A DNA stretch of 64,000 nucleotides from contig CBDFJG010000004.1 of NCBI GenBank assembly GCA_965248445.1, forward strand, positions 480,001 through 544,000, read 5' to 3'. A program made the position numbers and the translations under genes. Shown piece after piece: positions 41,410 through 52,000 of this stretch; position 1 is the first letter of the stretch; each line of letters starts with the position of its first letter. The notes below the pieces were generated by a model. It was not told the DNA's origin. It saw nothing but the letters and a program-made list of their open reading frames with translations, and searched no databases. Source of the DNA: Planctomycetota bacterium. GTDB taxonomy: Bacteria; Planctomycetota; JAJSAM01; JAJVHW01.

Positions 41410-42435
41410 CTACACGCTGCGGGCGCAGCGGAAGCCGATGTCGTTGTCACGCGAGTGCGGCACGTTGCGCATGCGGTACGCACAGCGGAGCCGCGGCATC
41501 TCGTTGACCCACGGTCCTCCGCGGAGCACGCGGAGCTTGGGCGAGTCCTCGTAGCTGGAAGCGGTCCAGTCCCACACGTTCCCGGCCACGTCTCCCACGC
41601 CGTACACCGACACGGCTGACGGAAACGTGGCGACCGGCTCGGGTTGCGGCGGTCCATCGCGGGCGTCGCGGCAGCACGCCAACTCGGGGCTAGCGCTGTC
41701 GCCCCACGGGTATTGCCGTCCGTCCACGCCGCGCGCGGCCTTCTCTCGCTCCTCCTCGGTGGGGAGGCGCCACTCGCGACCTGTGACCTCGCTCTTCCAC
41801 GCGCAGTAGGCCACGGCGTCGTGCCACGACACGCCCATCACGGGAACGGCCGCGGCAAAGCCGTCGCCGCGCTGCGCGATCCAGCTGGAGCGTGCAGACT
41901 CGGCGATCAGGTCCTCGCGGACCTGTGGCCGTCCGAACTCGTCCCAGACCATGAGCGGCCCGTCGGCAGGGGTGCGCGGGATGCAGCCGTCAGCGGCCTC
42001 CCGGCCCCGCGTGGCGTCGAGCGCGACGACGAAGTCCGCATACTCCTGGAACGTCACGGGGAACCGCTGGATCGCGAAGTCCGCGAGTTGGACCTCGGTC
42101 TGTACGCCGCTCTCGCCGTACAGAAACGGGCCGGCGGGCACGTGGACGAAGCCATCGCCGATGTCCTCGCGCGTCAGCAGCCGCACCCGCGCGCGCCACG
42201 TACGATCCGCGTCGATCCGCACGGGGTAGCGCACGTCGCGCAGCCCGGCATGCCGCAGGACGCACAGGTACGATCCGGCCGGCAGACTCACCGCAGCGGT
42301 CGGGGTCTCACCGAGCGAGCGGGGCGTGCCGAGAGCGAGGACGCCGTCGCGCTCCTCGAATGTGTGCAGGAGCACATCGGCACACGCCGGATGGGAAGCC
42401 AGCTTGAGGGTACCGGTGTCGACTGCGAGGCTCAT
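41410..42435 (-). CDS. FGE-sulfatase (SUMF1) domain protein
   Basis: PVMGVSWHDAVAYCAW, RLPTEEEREKAARG, GNVWDW, RVLRGG, IGFRCAR. Confidence 0.92.
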   Translation of the reverse strand: MSLAVDTGTLKLASHPACADVLLHTFEERDGVLALGTPRSLGETPTAAVSLPAGSYLCVLRHAGLRDVRYPVRIDADRTWRARVRLLTREDIGDGFVHVPAGPFLYGESGVQTEVQLADFAIQRFPVTFQEYADFVVALDATRGREAADGCIPRTPADGPLMVWDEFGRPQVREDLIAESARSSWIAQRGDGFAAAVPVMGVSWHDAVAYCAWKSEVTGREWRLPTEEEREKAARGVDGRQYPWGDSASPELACCRDARDGPPQPEPVATFPSAVSVYGVGDVAGNVWDWTASSYEDSPKLRVLRGGPWVNEMPRLRCAYRMRNVPHSRDNDIGFRCARSV

Positions 42436-42458
42436 GACGCGGTAAGACTAGCCCGGGG

Positions 42459-43634
42459 TCACCACACCGGCGCTTGCGGACCACGGGATCCGGCGCGACC
42501 GATCATCCGGGCGAAGAACCGGCGCAACGTACGCCAGACGGGACGCGACGCGGACTGGTCGGCGGCGTCCTCACGTGCCTTGGGCGACTCTTGCACGACG
42601 GCGGCCCTCGTCGACGTGACCGTCGTCCGAGTCCGCGCCGTCATGAGTCGGCGTGAGGCTGCGGCACGTGCCCGCTCTGTCAGGTAGTCCAGGGCCTCGT
42701 CTACGCGCTCGAACTGCCCGGACGCGAGCCGGCGCACAGCTTCAGCGACCGGCACCGACACCCGCGCGCTCGCGAGTGCGCCCTCGTCGATCGGCTCGCC
42801 TGCGCGGGGCACGTTCCCGGTTGCAATCTCGTACAGCGTGCGACCGCACATGATCGCCTGGATCGCGGCATCCGGCTGCACCGGTTCTCCCCGGTCGAGC
42901 GCGTCGAGCACCGCGGGTGGTAGGTACGACGGCACGTGCGGGAAGCGTCCGCTCCCGTCGTGCACGGGCACGAGGCTACCGGCGTCGAGCAGCCTGACGT
43001 GGCGCCTCGGCTGCGGAAGCATGCGCAGGTTGGCGGGGCGCAGGTCCGCGTAGACGAGGCCGCGGTCCAGCAGATCCACGAGCGCGCGCAGCAGTCCCAC
43101 AGCGAGGCGGTCCAGGGCCGGGCGCAGCACGCGCAGGGGCACCTGCGATCGGTGTGCTCGCGCAAGCCAGCGATCGAGGTCCTGGCCGGGCAACTTCTCC
43201 ATCACGACGACGGGGTCGAGTTCCGCGAAGGCACCGCCCCGCGCGGAGTCGATGAGCGGGTTCTGGAAGTCGTAGGTCCCGACGTGCTTCGGAAGGCTCG
43301 GCGCTCCGGAGTGCGCGAGGTACCGCGCCTCGAGCGCGATGATGCGGCGCCGCTCGACGATTCTCGACTGTGTCATGTTGAACGGCTCGTGAAACGGCAT
43401 GAGCGGGACTTTCGCGACGTGCTGTATCTCCTGCGGGTGGATCCTGTCGGTCACGACGAATACGGCGCCCTCGGCCCCGATGTCGTAGAGCGAATCGCAA
43501 CGGTAGCGACTCCCGAAGACCACACCCTTCAGCTCGAGCAGCGCGTCGACGAGGCCTTCGTCTCCACGCGCCGCGACGCGTTGCGCAAGGCGTCTCTCGC
43601 GCAGCGTCATCTCCCTCTGCACGCGAGAACTCAA
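42459..43634 (-). CDS. Divergent protein kinase
   Basis: IGAEGAVF, VAKVP, VVME, VYADLRPAN, LLDAG. Confidence 0.7.
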   Translation of the reverse strand: MSSRVQREMTLRERRLAQRVAARGDEGLVDALLELKGVVFGSRYRCDSLYDIGAEGAVFVVTDRIHPQEIQHVAKVPLMPFHEPFNMTQSRIVERRRIIALEARYLAHSGAPSLPKHVGTYDFQNPLIDSARGGAFAELDPVVVMEKLPGQDLDRWLARAHRSQVPLRVLRPALDRLAVGLLRALVDLLDRGLVYADLRPANLRMLPQPRRHVRLLDAGSLVPVHDGSGRFPHVPSYLPPAVLDALDRGEPVQPDAAIQAIMCGRTLYEIATGNVPRAGEPIDEGALASARVSVPVAEAVRRLASGQFERVDEALDYLTERARAAASRRLMTARTRTTVTSTRAAVVQESPKAREDAADQSASRPVWRTLRRFFARMIGRAGSRGPQAPVW

Positions 43635-44968
43635 GATGCGGGCACCGCTTGACGACCACTGCCGGCCGTAGCGGTGTGTGCAGCGAGAGCCTTGCGCTCG
43701 CTGCGACTGAGCGCGTCGAGGCTGCCCGTCGTCTCGAGCTGGTGCATGGCGTTCTCGATCACGCCGATCAAGAACGGGTCGCGCCGCTCGCGCGTGTAGA
43801 TCTCATGCCGCGCGCCGAGCGCTCGCAGCATCGCTTCGGGGTCGTCGCCACCCTCGGCGGCGAGGATGTAGCGCGCCTGCTGGACCAGCGGGTCGGGTTC
43901 AAGGGTCAGCTCGCCCGCGTGGCGTGGGATGAACAACTTCGTCTCGAACGACACCGGCTCCCCCCACCCGGGGACTCGGAGGCGCACGGTGGCGACGTGG
44001 GTCGTTGGGGTCTCGGTGGCGGGAAGCCGGAGTTCGAACAGCAGCGAGTAGTCGCGGCCCGACTCCAGCGTGCCGAGATCAGCCACGAACACCCGACCGT
44101 GGCGGAACGCGCGCCTGCCGTAGTCGTGGCGCCCCGGACGGAACCTGTACGCCGCGCCCCCCACGACACCCGGCCCGAGCTCTACGTCCACGACCGCGCG
44201 CTTCGCGACGACGGTGCCGACGACCTCGGCGACACGGTCCCAGGCCTGCACGAGCGTCTCCGGACGCACGTGCTTCACCGTCCCGCCGCGGGCGCCGCAG
44301 AAGAGCCGTTTCAACATCTCGACGTCCGCGTCATCGCCGAGCGCGAACACGTCCGCGTCCACCGGGAGGCGACTGAGGAGCTCCATCTGCTTGACAGCTC
44401 GCGGCTCGTCCTGCGGCCGACCGTCGGTCAGGAAGTAGATCCGCTGCGGGAGCGCGCGGTCGAATCGATGGCTGTCGTACGCCAGACGCCCTGCGCGGCC
44501 GATGGCGCCGGCGAGATCGGTGTAGTCGCCGAAGAGGAGATCGCAGCCGTCGAGCGCGCCGAGCAGGCCGTCGCGATCGAGCGTCGCAGCCGGCGCGTAG
44601 CGGAACAGCGTCTGCGATCCGTGCGCGAACGCGACGACGGAGAGGAGCACTTCGGCATCCAAGCCCTGCAGCTTCGTGAGCATGTCGCCGAGCGCCTGGC
44701 GCAGCACCGGGAACTTGTCCGGGCGATTCATGCTCCCGGACACGTCGAGCGCCAGGACGACATGCGCGGAGGGCCCGTCGCGCTCCTTCCACAACGGCAG
44801 TCCTTCGGGCGTGAACGAGACCAGGACGCCCAGCGAGGGATCGCCGTCGGCGGGAGCCGACGACCATTCGTAGCTCGGCTCGATCCGGACGAACAGATCG
44901 GGGGCCTCGTCGTCGTCCTCGAGCGACAGGAACTCGTCGTCGTCTTCGAATCGGATGGGGTTGACCAT
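43631..44968 (-). CDS. vWA domain protein
   Basis: MIDAS motif DVSGS, TD, FLTDG. Confidence 0.85.
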   Translation of the reverse strand: MVNPIRFEDDDEFLSLEDDDEAPDLFVRIEPSYEWSSAPADGDPSLGVLVSFTPEGLPLWKERDGPSAHVVLALDVSGSMNRPDKFPVLRQALGDMLTKLQGLDAEVLLSVVAFAHGSQTLFRYAPAATLDRDGLLGALDGCDLLFGDYTDLAGAIGRAGRLAYDSHRFDRALPQRIYFLTDGRPQDEPRAVKQMELLSRLPVDADVFALGDDADVEMLKRLFCGARGGTVKHVRPETLVQAWDRVAEVVGTVVAKRAVVDVELGPGVVGGAAYRFRPGRHDYGRRAFRHGRVFVADLGTLESGRDYSLLFELRLPATETPTTHVATVRLRVPGWGEPVSFETKLFIPRHAGELTLEPDPLVQQARYILAAEGGDDPEAMLRALGARHEIYTRERRDPFLIGVIENAMHQLETTGSLDALSRSERKALAAHTATAGSGRQAVPAS

Positions 44969-45284
44969 TGTTGCGTGCCCTCACTACGTGGACTGGGGTC
45001 CGGCCAAGGTGGGTTTTCTATCCCCAACGTATGGCTCCCACCGGGGGAGCACTTTTCGACCGACCGGCACCTGGACCGCGCCCTCTCCCTGGGCGAGGCG
45101 CGGCTGCGAGCCTAAGCCACCCCTTGACCCCGTTGCGAGCGCCGAGATCGGTGAATCTCGTCGCCGTGCGTAGATCGCGCGCCGGTCGAGCTCGAAGAGA
45201 CGCTCACGCAGCTCGAGGCGCTCGGCTACGCCAGCGGGCGCGTCCCGCAGGCTCGCAGCCTCTGATCTCAGTTACACTCGCGGT

Positions 45285-46322
45285 GTGGGGACTCTTCGCA
45301 TCGCCGCCTGCCTCCTCGTGCTCGGGTTGCCGATCGCGGCGCCGGCCGAGGATCATCCGTGTCCGGGCACCACGCCTCCCTCAGCGGACCGGGTCCGTTC
45401 GATCAAGGTCGCGTTGCAGCGCCGCATCCTCGAACTCGACGCGAACGGCGAATCGGCGTCGGCGCTCTCGCGCAAGCTCACGCGTGAGTACCACCGGATC
45501 CCCACAGATGGCAACGCTGCTGAACAGATCGCCGTTGCGCACAGAGTCGCCGGCAGTCGGGTGGTGCGCCGGGACGAGGCGCTGATCGGCGTCCTGGAGA
45601 ACGCGGCCGACGATCTGGTCCGCGACGTGAAGGACCGCACGGTCATGTTCGACGTGCACGTGCAAACCGCCGGTGTCGGCAAGATCCGTTCCTTCGAGCG
45701 CGAGCTCATCCGCATCGAACGACGCCTTCGACGCACGGAGAACGCGCGACGGCTGCGTTCGCGGCTGAAGCGGCTGCGGCGGACCGAGCAACGGCTCGCG
45801 TCGGCCGAGTACCAACTGCACCTGATGGCACCGGAGGTGGTCTGCCCGCAGTCGCCTGAACCCCTGCCCCCGGATCCGGATCCCGCACCGCCGCCGTGCA
45901 CCGGCGCGCCGTTCGCTGACAGCGACACCGCGACTCTGAACTTCATCAGCTTCGGAAGCGGATGGGGCTTGGACTTCGATTGCTTCGAGACGGAGTGGCT
46001 CGACCCGCTGGGAGACGAGGTCTCGCGGTTCGCGATCCGCCTGAAGGACATCGACACGGGACGCGTGGTTCGCATCGAGCTCGGGGATCCGACCGTCGGT
46101 GAGATCCCGTACACGGTCTACGGCCCCAGCTTCAAGTCGGATCTCTACTTCGTGTACGAGGGCGAGTTTCAAGAGGCCGGCCACTTCGCGAGCGCCGACG
46201 TCACGGCGTTCGACCCCGAGACAGGCCGCATCGCGCTGACGTACTACATCGCGCACGGGCACTGGATAATCAGTTCGGGCGCGATCGACATCGCCGACTT
46301 CCGGACCGGGCTACCCGAGTAG
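45285..46322 (+). CDS. Secreted hypothetical protein
   Basis: Signal peptide, basic helical half, Pro linker, acidic beta half. Confidence 0.6.
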   Translation: MGTLRIAACLLVLGLPIAAPAEDHPCPGTTPPSADRVRSIKVALQRRILELDANGESASALSRKLTREYHRIPTDGNAAEQIAVAHRVAGSRVVRRDEALIGVLENAADDLVRDVKDRTVMFDVHVQTAGVGKIRSFERELIRIERRLRRTENARRLRSRLKRLRRTEQRLASAEYQLHLMAPEVVCPQSPEPLPPDPDPAPPPCTGAPFADSDTATLNFISFGSGWGLDFDCFETEWLDPLGDEVSRFAIRLKDIDTGRVVRIELGDPTVGEIPYTVYGPSFKSDLYFVYEGEFQEAGHFASADVTAFDPETGRIALTYYIAHGHWIISSGAIDIADFRTGLPE

Positions 46323-46434
46323 CGCAGGCTGCCGTCGCTCAGCGACCGCGCAAGCTGGACACTGCCAACTACGTCAACTAACTCGCTGCGGCGCATGTGA
46401 CCGGACTCGGTGCCGGCGTGTCCTCTCGGGGACC

Positions 46435-46742
46435 ATGCCTCGTGGTCCTCGCCTCCAAGAAGTCGGTCTTCCTCTGCACGCGATCGCCCAGGGCATCCCA
46501 CGAACCTGGATCTTCGGCGACGACTACGACCGCACCGCGCTGGTGCTGCGGACAATCCGCGTGTTCGCCGAGATGGGAGTCGATGTGCTGGCCTGGGCGC
46601 GGATGGACAACCGCGTCCACCTCTTGCGGCGTGCAACCGAAGGGCAGATCAGCAAGGCAGTTCCGGGACCGGTTCTGGTCCCGTCCCACGAAGGACCAGG
46701 ACGACCTGCTCGGTCTCGTGGGCTACGTCATCCTGAACCCCC
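46435..46742 (+). pseudogene. Degenerate RAYT/Y1 transposase remnant
   Basis: MPRGPR...HAIAQG...IFGDDYDR...LAWARMDNRVHLL (HUH degenerate), then an internal deletion/frameshift to FRDRFWSRP...YVILNP. Confidence 0.75.
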
Positions 46743-46812
46743 GTGGTCGAATCGTGGGTTCGCTTCGGTACGACCGGTTGAGCCGGCGGCGGGTTCCTGC
46801 CACCCTGGAGCG

Positions 46813-47721
46813 ATGCATCGAACACACCTCTCCCTCCTCGCCGCTGCAGGATTGGCGGCGGCGACCCTGCTCTCCTGCGTGACGGTCGAGGATCGGCCGG
46901 AACCGGACCGCGCCGACGGCTGGAGTTTGCGCGTGCTGGGTGTCGCGCAGGACGGCGGCTTGCCACACCTGGGTTGCATCAAGGAGCACTGCGAGGCGGC
47001 GAGGCGGGGCGAGCGGCGCGCGGAACGGGTTACGTGCCTGGGTCTCACGGACGGCGAGCGCACCTACCTGTTCGACGCAACGCCCGACTTCCCCGCGCAG
47101 GTGCACGCGATGGGTGCGCGCAAGCCGGACGGAGTCTTCCTGACACACGCGCACATCGGCCACTACACGGGCCTCATCCACCTCGGCAAGGAGGTGCTCG
47201 GCGCGCGGGATGTGCCGGTGTTCTGCACACCGCGCATGGCGAGCTTTCTCTCAGGTAACGGTCCTTGGGACGCTCTCGTCCAGAACGGGCACATCGCGCT
47301 GCGTGACAACGAACGCGTGGACCTCGGAGGCGTTGTTGTCACGGCGTTCCAGGTGCCCCACCGAGCGGAGTACACCGACACGGTCGGCTACCGCATCGAG
47401 GGTCCGCGGCGCACGGCGCTCTTCCTGCCCGACATCGACCGGTGGAGCGACTGGGAGCGAGACATCCGCACCGTTGTCGAGGGCGTCGACCTAGCGTTCC
47501 TCGACGCGACGTTCTACTCCCTCGACGAGCTCCCGCACCGCGACATCGAGAAGGTGCGCCACCCGCTCGTCACCGAGAGCATGCAGCGCCTCACGGGCCT
47601 CGGAGACCGCGTGTTCTTCATCCACCTGAATCACAGCAATCCGGTCCTCGGGGACCCATCGCTGGTGGAGGACGACGGCTTCCACCTCGCGAGTGAGAGC
47701 GACGCAGCGTTCGACCTCTGA
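46813..47721 (+). CDS. PqqB-like metallo-beta-lactamase fold lipoprotein
   Basis: LLSC lipobox; VLGVAQDGGLPH, FDATPD, LTHAHIGHYTG, PHR, IHLNHSN. Confidence 0.88.
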   Translation: MHRTHLSLLAAAGLAAATLLSCVTVEDRPEPDRADGWSLRVLGVAQDGGLPHLGCIKEHCEAARRGERRAERVTCLGLTDGERTYLFDATPDFPAQVHAMGARKPDGVFLTHAHIGHYTGLIHLGKEVLGARDVPVFCTPRMASFLSGNGPWDALVQNGHIALRDNERVDLGGVVVTAFQVPHRAEYTDTVGYRIEGPRRTALFLPDIDRWSDWERDIRTVVEGVDLAFLDATFYSLDELPHRDIEKVRHPLVTESMQRLTGLGDRVFFIHLNHSNPVLGDPSLVEDDGFHLASESDAAFDL

Positions 47722-47802
47722 GCCGTGCGCCGCACTTCCCCGCGGCAGACGCGGTGGGAGTACGCCCCGCGCAGACGGCTCCGTGCTGGCTATAGTGCGT
47801 CC

Positions 47803-50442
47803 GTGGGGCTTGCGAAGGGGCAGTCGATCTCCGGCTACACGATCCTCGGATCGTTGGGTGTCGGAGGCATGGGCGAGGTCTACCGCGCGCGGGACACGCG
47901 GCTCGGCCGCGAGGTGGCGATCAAGGTGCTCCCGTCCGACTGGCGGGCGGACGAGCAGCACGCGGCACGCTTCGAGCGCGAGGCGCGGACACTCGCGTCG
48001 CTCAACCACCCGAACGTCGCACAGGTGTACGCGTTCGAGGAAGTGGACGGTGTGCGGCTGCTGGTGCTCGAACTCGTCGAGGGCGAGGACCTGGCCGAGC
48101 GCATCGCCCGTGGACCGTTGTCGCTGCGCGAGACCGTGGAGCTGTGCACGCAGGTCGCGAAGGGTCTCGAGGCGGCGCACGAGCTGGGCGTCGTGCATCG
48201 CGACCTCAAGCCCGCGAACGTGCGCGTGACGCCCGGCGACCGCGCGAAAGTGCTCGACTTCGGACTCGCGAAGGCGACGACGACAGCCTACGACTCAGCG
48301 GAGGCCCGCACGCGCGCGCGTGGCAGTTCGTTCGAGACCCAGGACGGGACGCTCCTCGGCACGCCCGCGTACATGAGCCCCGAGCAGGTGCGCGCGCGGC
48401 GCGTGGATCGGCGCGCCGACATCTGGGCATTCGGGTGCGTGCTCTACGAGTGCTTGACCGGGAAGCCGCCGTTCGCGGCCGAGTCGCTGGCGGACACGCT
48501 GGCAGCGATCGTGAAGAGCGAGCCGGATCTGTCGAAGCTCCCGCGGGACACGCCGCAGCACCTGCGGACTCTCATCTCGCGCTGCCTCGACAAGGACTCC
48601 CGAACGCGCCTCCGCGACATCGGCGAGGCGCGTATCACCCTGTCGGGCGACATGCCCGAGACGCCGCTGCCCACGCCAACGGCTGCGGTGCCGCGCCGGA
48701 CCGCTGGTACCGGCGTGCTGCTGGTCGCGCTGGCCGCTGTGATCGGCGCAGTGATCATCGCGCGCGAGGCTCTCGCTCCGGGCGTGCCGACGAATCCGCT
48801 GGACGGCGCGAAGATCACGAAGATCACCGACTCCCGCTGGACGGAGTTCGCCGCGACGATCTCTCGGAAGGGCGACTTCGTGGCGTTCGCATCGGATCGC
48901 GACGGACCGTTCGACCTCTGGGTGCACCACATCGGTGAGTGGACCGACCGCAATCTCACGCAAGGGAGCAAGGAGACGTGGGGGTTGCGGGTCCAGGACC
49001 TCGTGTTCCATCCGGACGGGACGCGCGCCGTGATCACGGCCGCTATGACCCGGAGCCCCAGGTCCTTCTCCCTCATGAGCGACGATGAAAAGGAGATCTT
49101 CAGTGCGGGTGCGCACGAACAGCGCTGGTCACCCGACGGCTCACGGGTCGTCTACCACACACACGAAGACGGCGATCCGATGTACGTCGCCGACGCGGAC
49201 GGCTCGAATCCGATCGACCTCGTCACGCACGACTCCGGGCTGCATCAGCACTTCCCCATCTGGTCGCCAGATGGGAAGTGGATCTACATGGTGCGCGGGC
49301 GTCCAGCGACGCGCCAAATGGACCTCTGGCGCGTTCAACCCAGTGCGGGCGGCAAGCAAGAGCAACTCACATCCGACCAAGTCGGCGTCATGTTCCCCGC
49401 ACCCATCGACGAGACCACAGTGCTCTTCGTCGCCCACGACCCGAACGGTGCCGGCCCGTGGTTGTGGTCACTGGACGTTGAGAGCGGGTTTCCGCCGCAG
49501 CGCCTGCACTGGGGTGTGGAGCAGTACACGTCGCTCGCCGCGAGCAAGGACGGCCGCCGAGTCGTCGCAACCGTCGCTAACCGCCGCGCCAGCCTGTGGC
49601 GTGTACCGATCGCTGAGCCGGGGGCGACCGCGCGCGAGCGCGACATCGAGCGCGTGCAGGGCCTCGAGGCGGTGCCGGCTCTCGGGCCGCGCTTTGCCGG
49701 TGACAGCCTCTACTTCGTCTCGTCGCGCGGCACCGGGGATGGTCTTTGGTGTCGCCGCGGCCTCAGAGTGATCGAGGTTCTGGCGGGTGACGAGACCGCG
49801 GTGCTGGCCCCGCCGGCCGTCTCGCCGGACGGCGAGTCTCTCGCGGTCGTCCTGCGCACGAAGGGGCGCGTGCGTTTATGGCTCGTCGGCGCCGACGGTC
49901 AGCAGCCCGAAGCCCTATCTGACGAGACGAACGTCTACGGGTCGCCCGCGTGGTCGCCCGACGGGACGCAGATCGCAGTCGGCGGCGTCGACGCAAGCGG
50001 CCCCGGCCTGTTCGTGTTCCCGCGCGCAGGCGGTGCGCCGAAGCGGCTCGTGGACGGCTTCGCCAGTAACCCCGTGTGGTCGCCCACCGACGACTTGATC
50101 GTCTATCTCGGCAAGTCCCTGATGGCATTCCATCACCTGCGCGGCGTACGTCCTTCAGACGGCTCCCCATTCGACTTGCCGGAGATCAGGGTGATCGTGG
50201 CCGGAGAGCGCCACCGCTTCCTCCCCGACGGCAGCCGGCTCGTCTACATGAAGGGCTTCCAACTGGGTCTGGACTTCTGGCAGCTGGATCTCGCGACGAA
50301 GGAAGAGCACCGGCTGACACAACTCGACGCCCCCTCCGAGATGCAGTCGTTCGACATCGACCCGACCGGCGAGTACATCGTGTTCGATCGCATGGAGCAG
50401 AATTCGGACGTCGTGCTGATCGAGTTGCCCGAGCGCGACTAG
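47803..50442 (+). CDS. Ser/Thr kinase with TM and TolB/PD40 beta-propellers
   Basis: GVGGMGEVY, VAIK, HRDLKPAN, DFG, YMSPE; WSPDG repeats. Confidence 0.93.
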   Translation: MGLAKGQSISGYTILGSLGVGGMGEVYRARDTRLGREVAIKVLPSDWRADEQHAARFEREARTLASLNHPNVAQVYAFEEVDGVRLLVLELVEGEDLAERIARGPLSLRETVELCTQVAKGLEAAHELGVVHRDLKPANVRVTPGDRAKVLDFGLAKATTTAYDSAEARTRARGSSFETQDGTLLGTPAYMSPEQVRARRVDRRADIWAFGCVLYECLTGKPPFAAESLADTLAAIVKSEPDLSKLPRDTPQHLRTLISRCLDKDSRTRLRDIGEARITLSGDMPETPLPTPTAAVPRRTAGTGVLLVALAAVIGAVIIAREALAPGVPTNPLDGAKITKITDSRWTEFAATISRKGDFVAFASDRDGPFDLWVHHIGEWTDRNLTQGSKETWGLRVQDLVFHPDGTRAVITAAMTRSPRSFSLMSDDEKEIFSAGAHEQRWSPDGSRVVYHTHEDGDPMYVADADGSNPIDLVTHDSGLHQHFPIWSPDGKWIYMVRGRPATRQMDLWRVQPSAGGKQEQLTSDQVGVMFPAPIDETTVLFVAHDPNGAGPWLWSLDVESGFPPQRLHWGVEQYTSLAASKDGRRVVATVANRRASLWRVPIAEPGATARERDIERVQGLEAVPALGPRFAGDSLYFVSSRGTGDGLWCRRGLRVIEVLAGDETAVLAPPAVSPDGESLAVVLRTKGRVRLWLVGADGQQPEALSDETNVYGSPAWSPDGTQIAVGGVDASGPGLFVFPRAGGAPKRLVDGFASNPVWSPTDDLIVYLGKSLMAFHHLRGVRPSDGSPFDLPEIRVIVAGERHRFLPDGSRLVYMKGFQLGLDFWQLDLATKEEHRLTQLDAPSEMQSFDIDPTGEYIVFDRMEQNSDVVLIELPERD

Positions 50443-50720
50443 CGCGGAGCGATCGTCCCGAGACGTCCGGCTCGAGGACCCACTCCGAGGTGCTGTGCGC
50501 GGTCGGGGGGCACTTCAATCGTCCTCGTCGAGGCCTTCGATCGTCACCGTCTCTCCGCGTAGCCGCACGAGCAGGGAACGACCCGGCTCGAAGCGAAGAG
50601 TCACTTCGACGCTCGCCGCTCCGCCGTTGATTCGCACGGTCCGCTCTGTGGCCTCGGCCTGACGGGCGTCGCCGACTTCCATGGAATAACGGATGTGCCT
50701 CAGACTCCGGCCACACGTCG

Positions 50721-50763
50721 TCCGTCGCGTTCAGGCTGCGCCGCGCGTACCTCGCTCCGCAAG
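50721..50763 (+). repeat. 43-bp direct repeat shared with 61524-61566
   Basis: TCCGTCGCGTTCAGGCTGCGCCGCGCGT[A/G]CCTCGCTCCG[C/T]AAG, 41/43 identical. Confidence 0.9.
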
Positions 50764-51002
50764 CATCGCGCGGTGCGCGCGGCGGGATAACATGCCCTCG
50801 CGACTCTGACGGGTAGTGGGAAGCCTCGCGGGACCCGCGGACAAGGAGGGCATGTGGTCACCACGAAGCCGAGCGTCGAGCTCCATCTTGACGATTCCAT
50901 TCCGGCGGTCGTCGTGACGGCGGTCATCGACTGGCTCAGGGACCGCGGCGTGCTCTGCTGTGCGGAACAGAGCAATGCCCACGGCCGTAGGAGCGGAGGA
51001 TC

Positions 51003-51920
51003 ATGCCGGTAGTCTTCGGACAGGGCATGCGACGCAGCGGGACCACGATCTTGTTCGACCTGTTCTGGGGCGACGGGCGTTGGACATGCTGGTACGAGCC
51101 GCTCAATCGCCCCACGGCCAAGAAGGGCGGCGGCTCCCGAGCACGCGACGAGGACTACTCCGCCGCGGTGCGCGAACTGCAGGACCGACTGGTGGGCGAG
51201 ATCGACGGGCTCGACGACCCCCAAGCGTTCAACTGGGGCGCTCCCGACCACGCAGAGAAGGAACTGGTTGCCGGTTGGCCACCCCACGTCGCCCGCTACG
51301 TCCGCACAATGGCACAGAGTTCACACGACGTGTTCGTGAAGTTCACACGGGCGTCCCACAAGGCCCCGCTCCTGGCCGAGGCAAGCCCCGGCTCGTACTT
51401 CGTACACTTGGTCCGCGACCCGCGGTCGCTGGCGACCTCGCACCTCTTCCGCAGCCACCCCAAGTTCAAGGAGCGCATCCTCGCTGAGGGCTGCTTCTTC
51501 ACCATGACGACGGATTTCAACCAGTGGAAGACCGAGGTGATGGCCGAGCACCTCGTTCGGACGCGTCCCGAGTACGCGCACCTGGCGGACGAGCCGGCCC
51601 ACGTGAAGATCATGCTCGTCTGGAAGGAGCTCTACACCCGCACGCGCGACGACGCGCTGCAGCACTTCGCGGGGCGCACAGCGGTGGTCTGGCACGACGA
51701 TCTCTGCATCGACCCGTGGAGCACCCTGAAGGGCATCTACGCCACCTGGGGGTGGAAACCTCGCATCCGTCAACGGTGGTGGGCTCGCAAAAACATCCGT
51801 CCGGCACGGCCCTGGCACGAACCCGAAAACCCCGCTTGGACGCGGGCGATGGACCTGCTCGAGCTCGGCCCACTGGTTGAGGAGATCCGTGCGGCGTCGG
51901 CCCTGCGGATCGGTGCCTGA
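51003..51920 (+). CDS. Sulfotransferase family protein
   Basis: GMRRSGTT PAPS loop, YEP, HLVRDPRSLATS. Confidence 0.85.
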   Translation: MPVVFGQGMRRSGTTILFDLFWGDGRWTCWYEPLNRPTAKKGGGSRARDEDYSAAVRELQDRLVGEIDGLDDPQAFNWGAPDHAEKELVAGWPPHVARYVRTMAQSSHDVFVKFTRASHKAPLLAEASPGSYFVHLVRDPRSLATSHLFRSHPKFKERILAEGCFFTMTTDFNQWKTEVMAEHLVRTRPEYAHLADEPAHVKIMLVWKELYTRTRDDALQHFAGRTAVVWHDDLCIDPWSTLKGIYATWGWKPRIRQRWWARKNIRPARPWHEPENPAWTRAMDLLELGPLVEEIRAASALRIGA

Positions 51921-52000
51921 GGCACGGCGGCCGTCCTCCAGCCAGGTGTGCCTGCACTTCGTTGTGACCGCCGCCCCGAGTCTAGAGATAGGCTCGCAGC

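Noticed and set aside
41410..41540. FGE-sulfatase C-terminus as a DGR variable region
   Set aside because: No template repeat or reverse transcriptase seen in the window.
46435..47721. Transposase-PqqB fusion protein
   Set aside because: Chance in-frame join of a RAYT remnant; the PqqB-like gene has its own RBS, ATG and signal peptide at 46813.
50462..50490. Fourth degenerate copy of the LGVDLEPEM segment
   Set aside because: TCCGGCTCGAGG...ACTCCGAG matches copy 3 only briefly and with an indel; no arm at the expected spacing. Too weak at this GC content.
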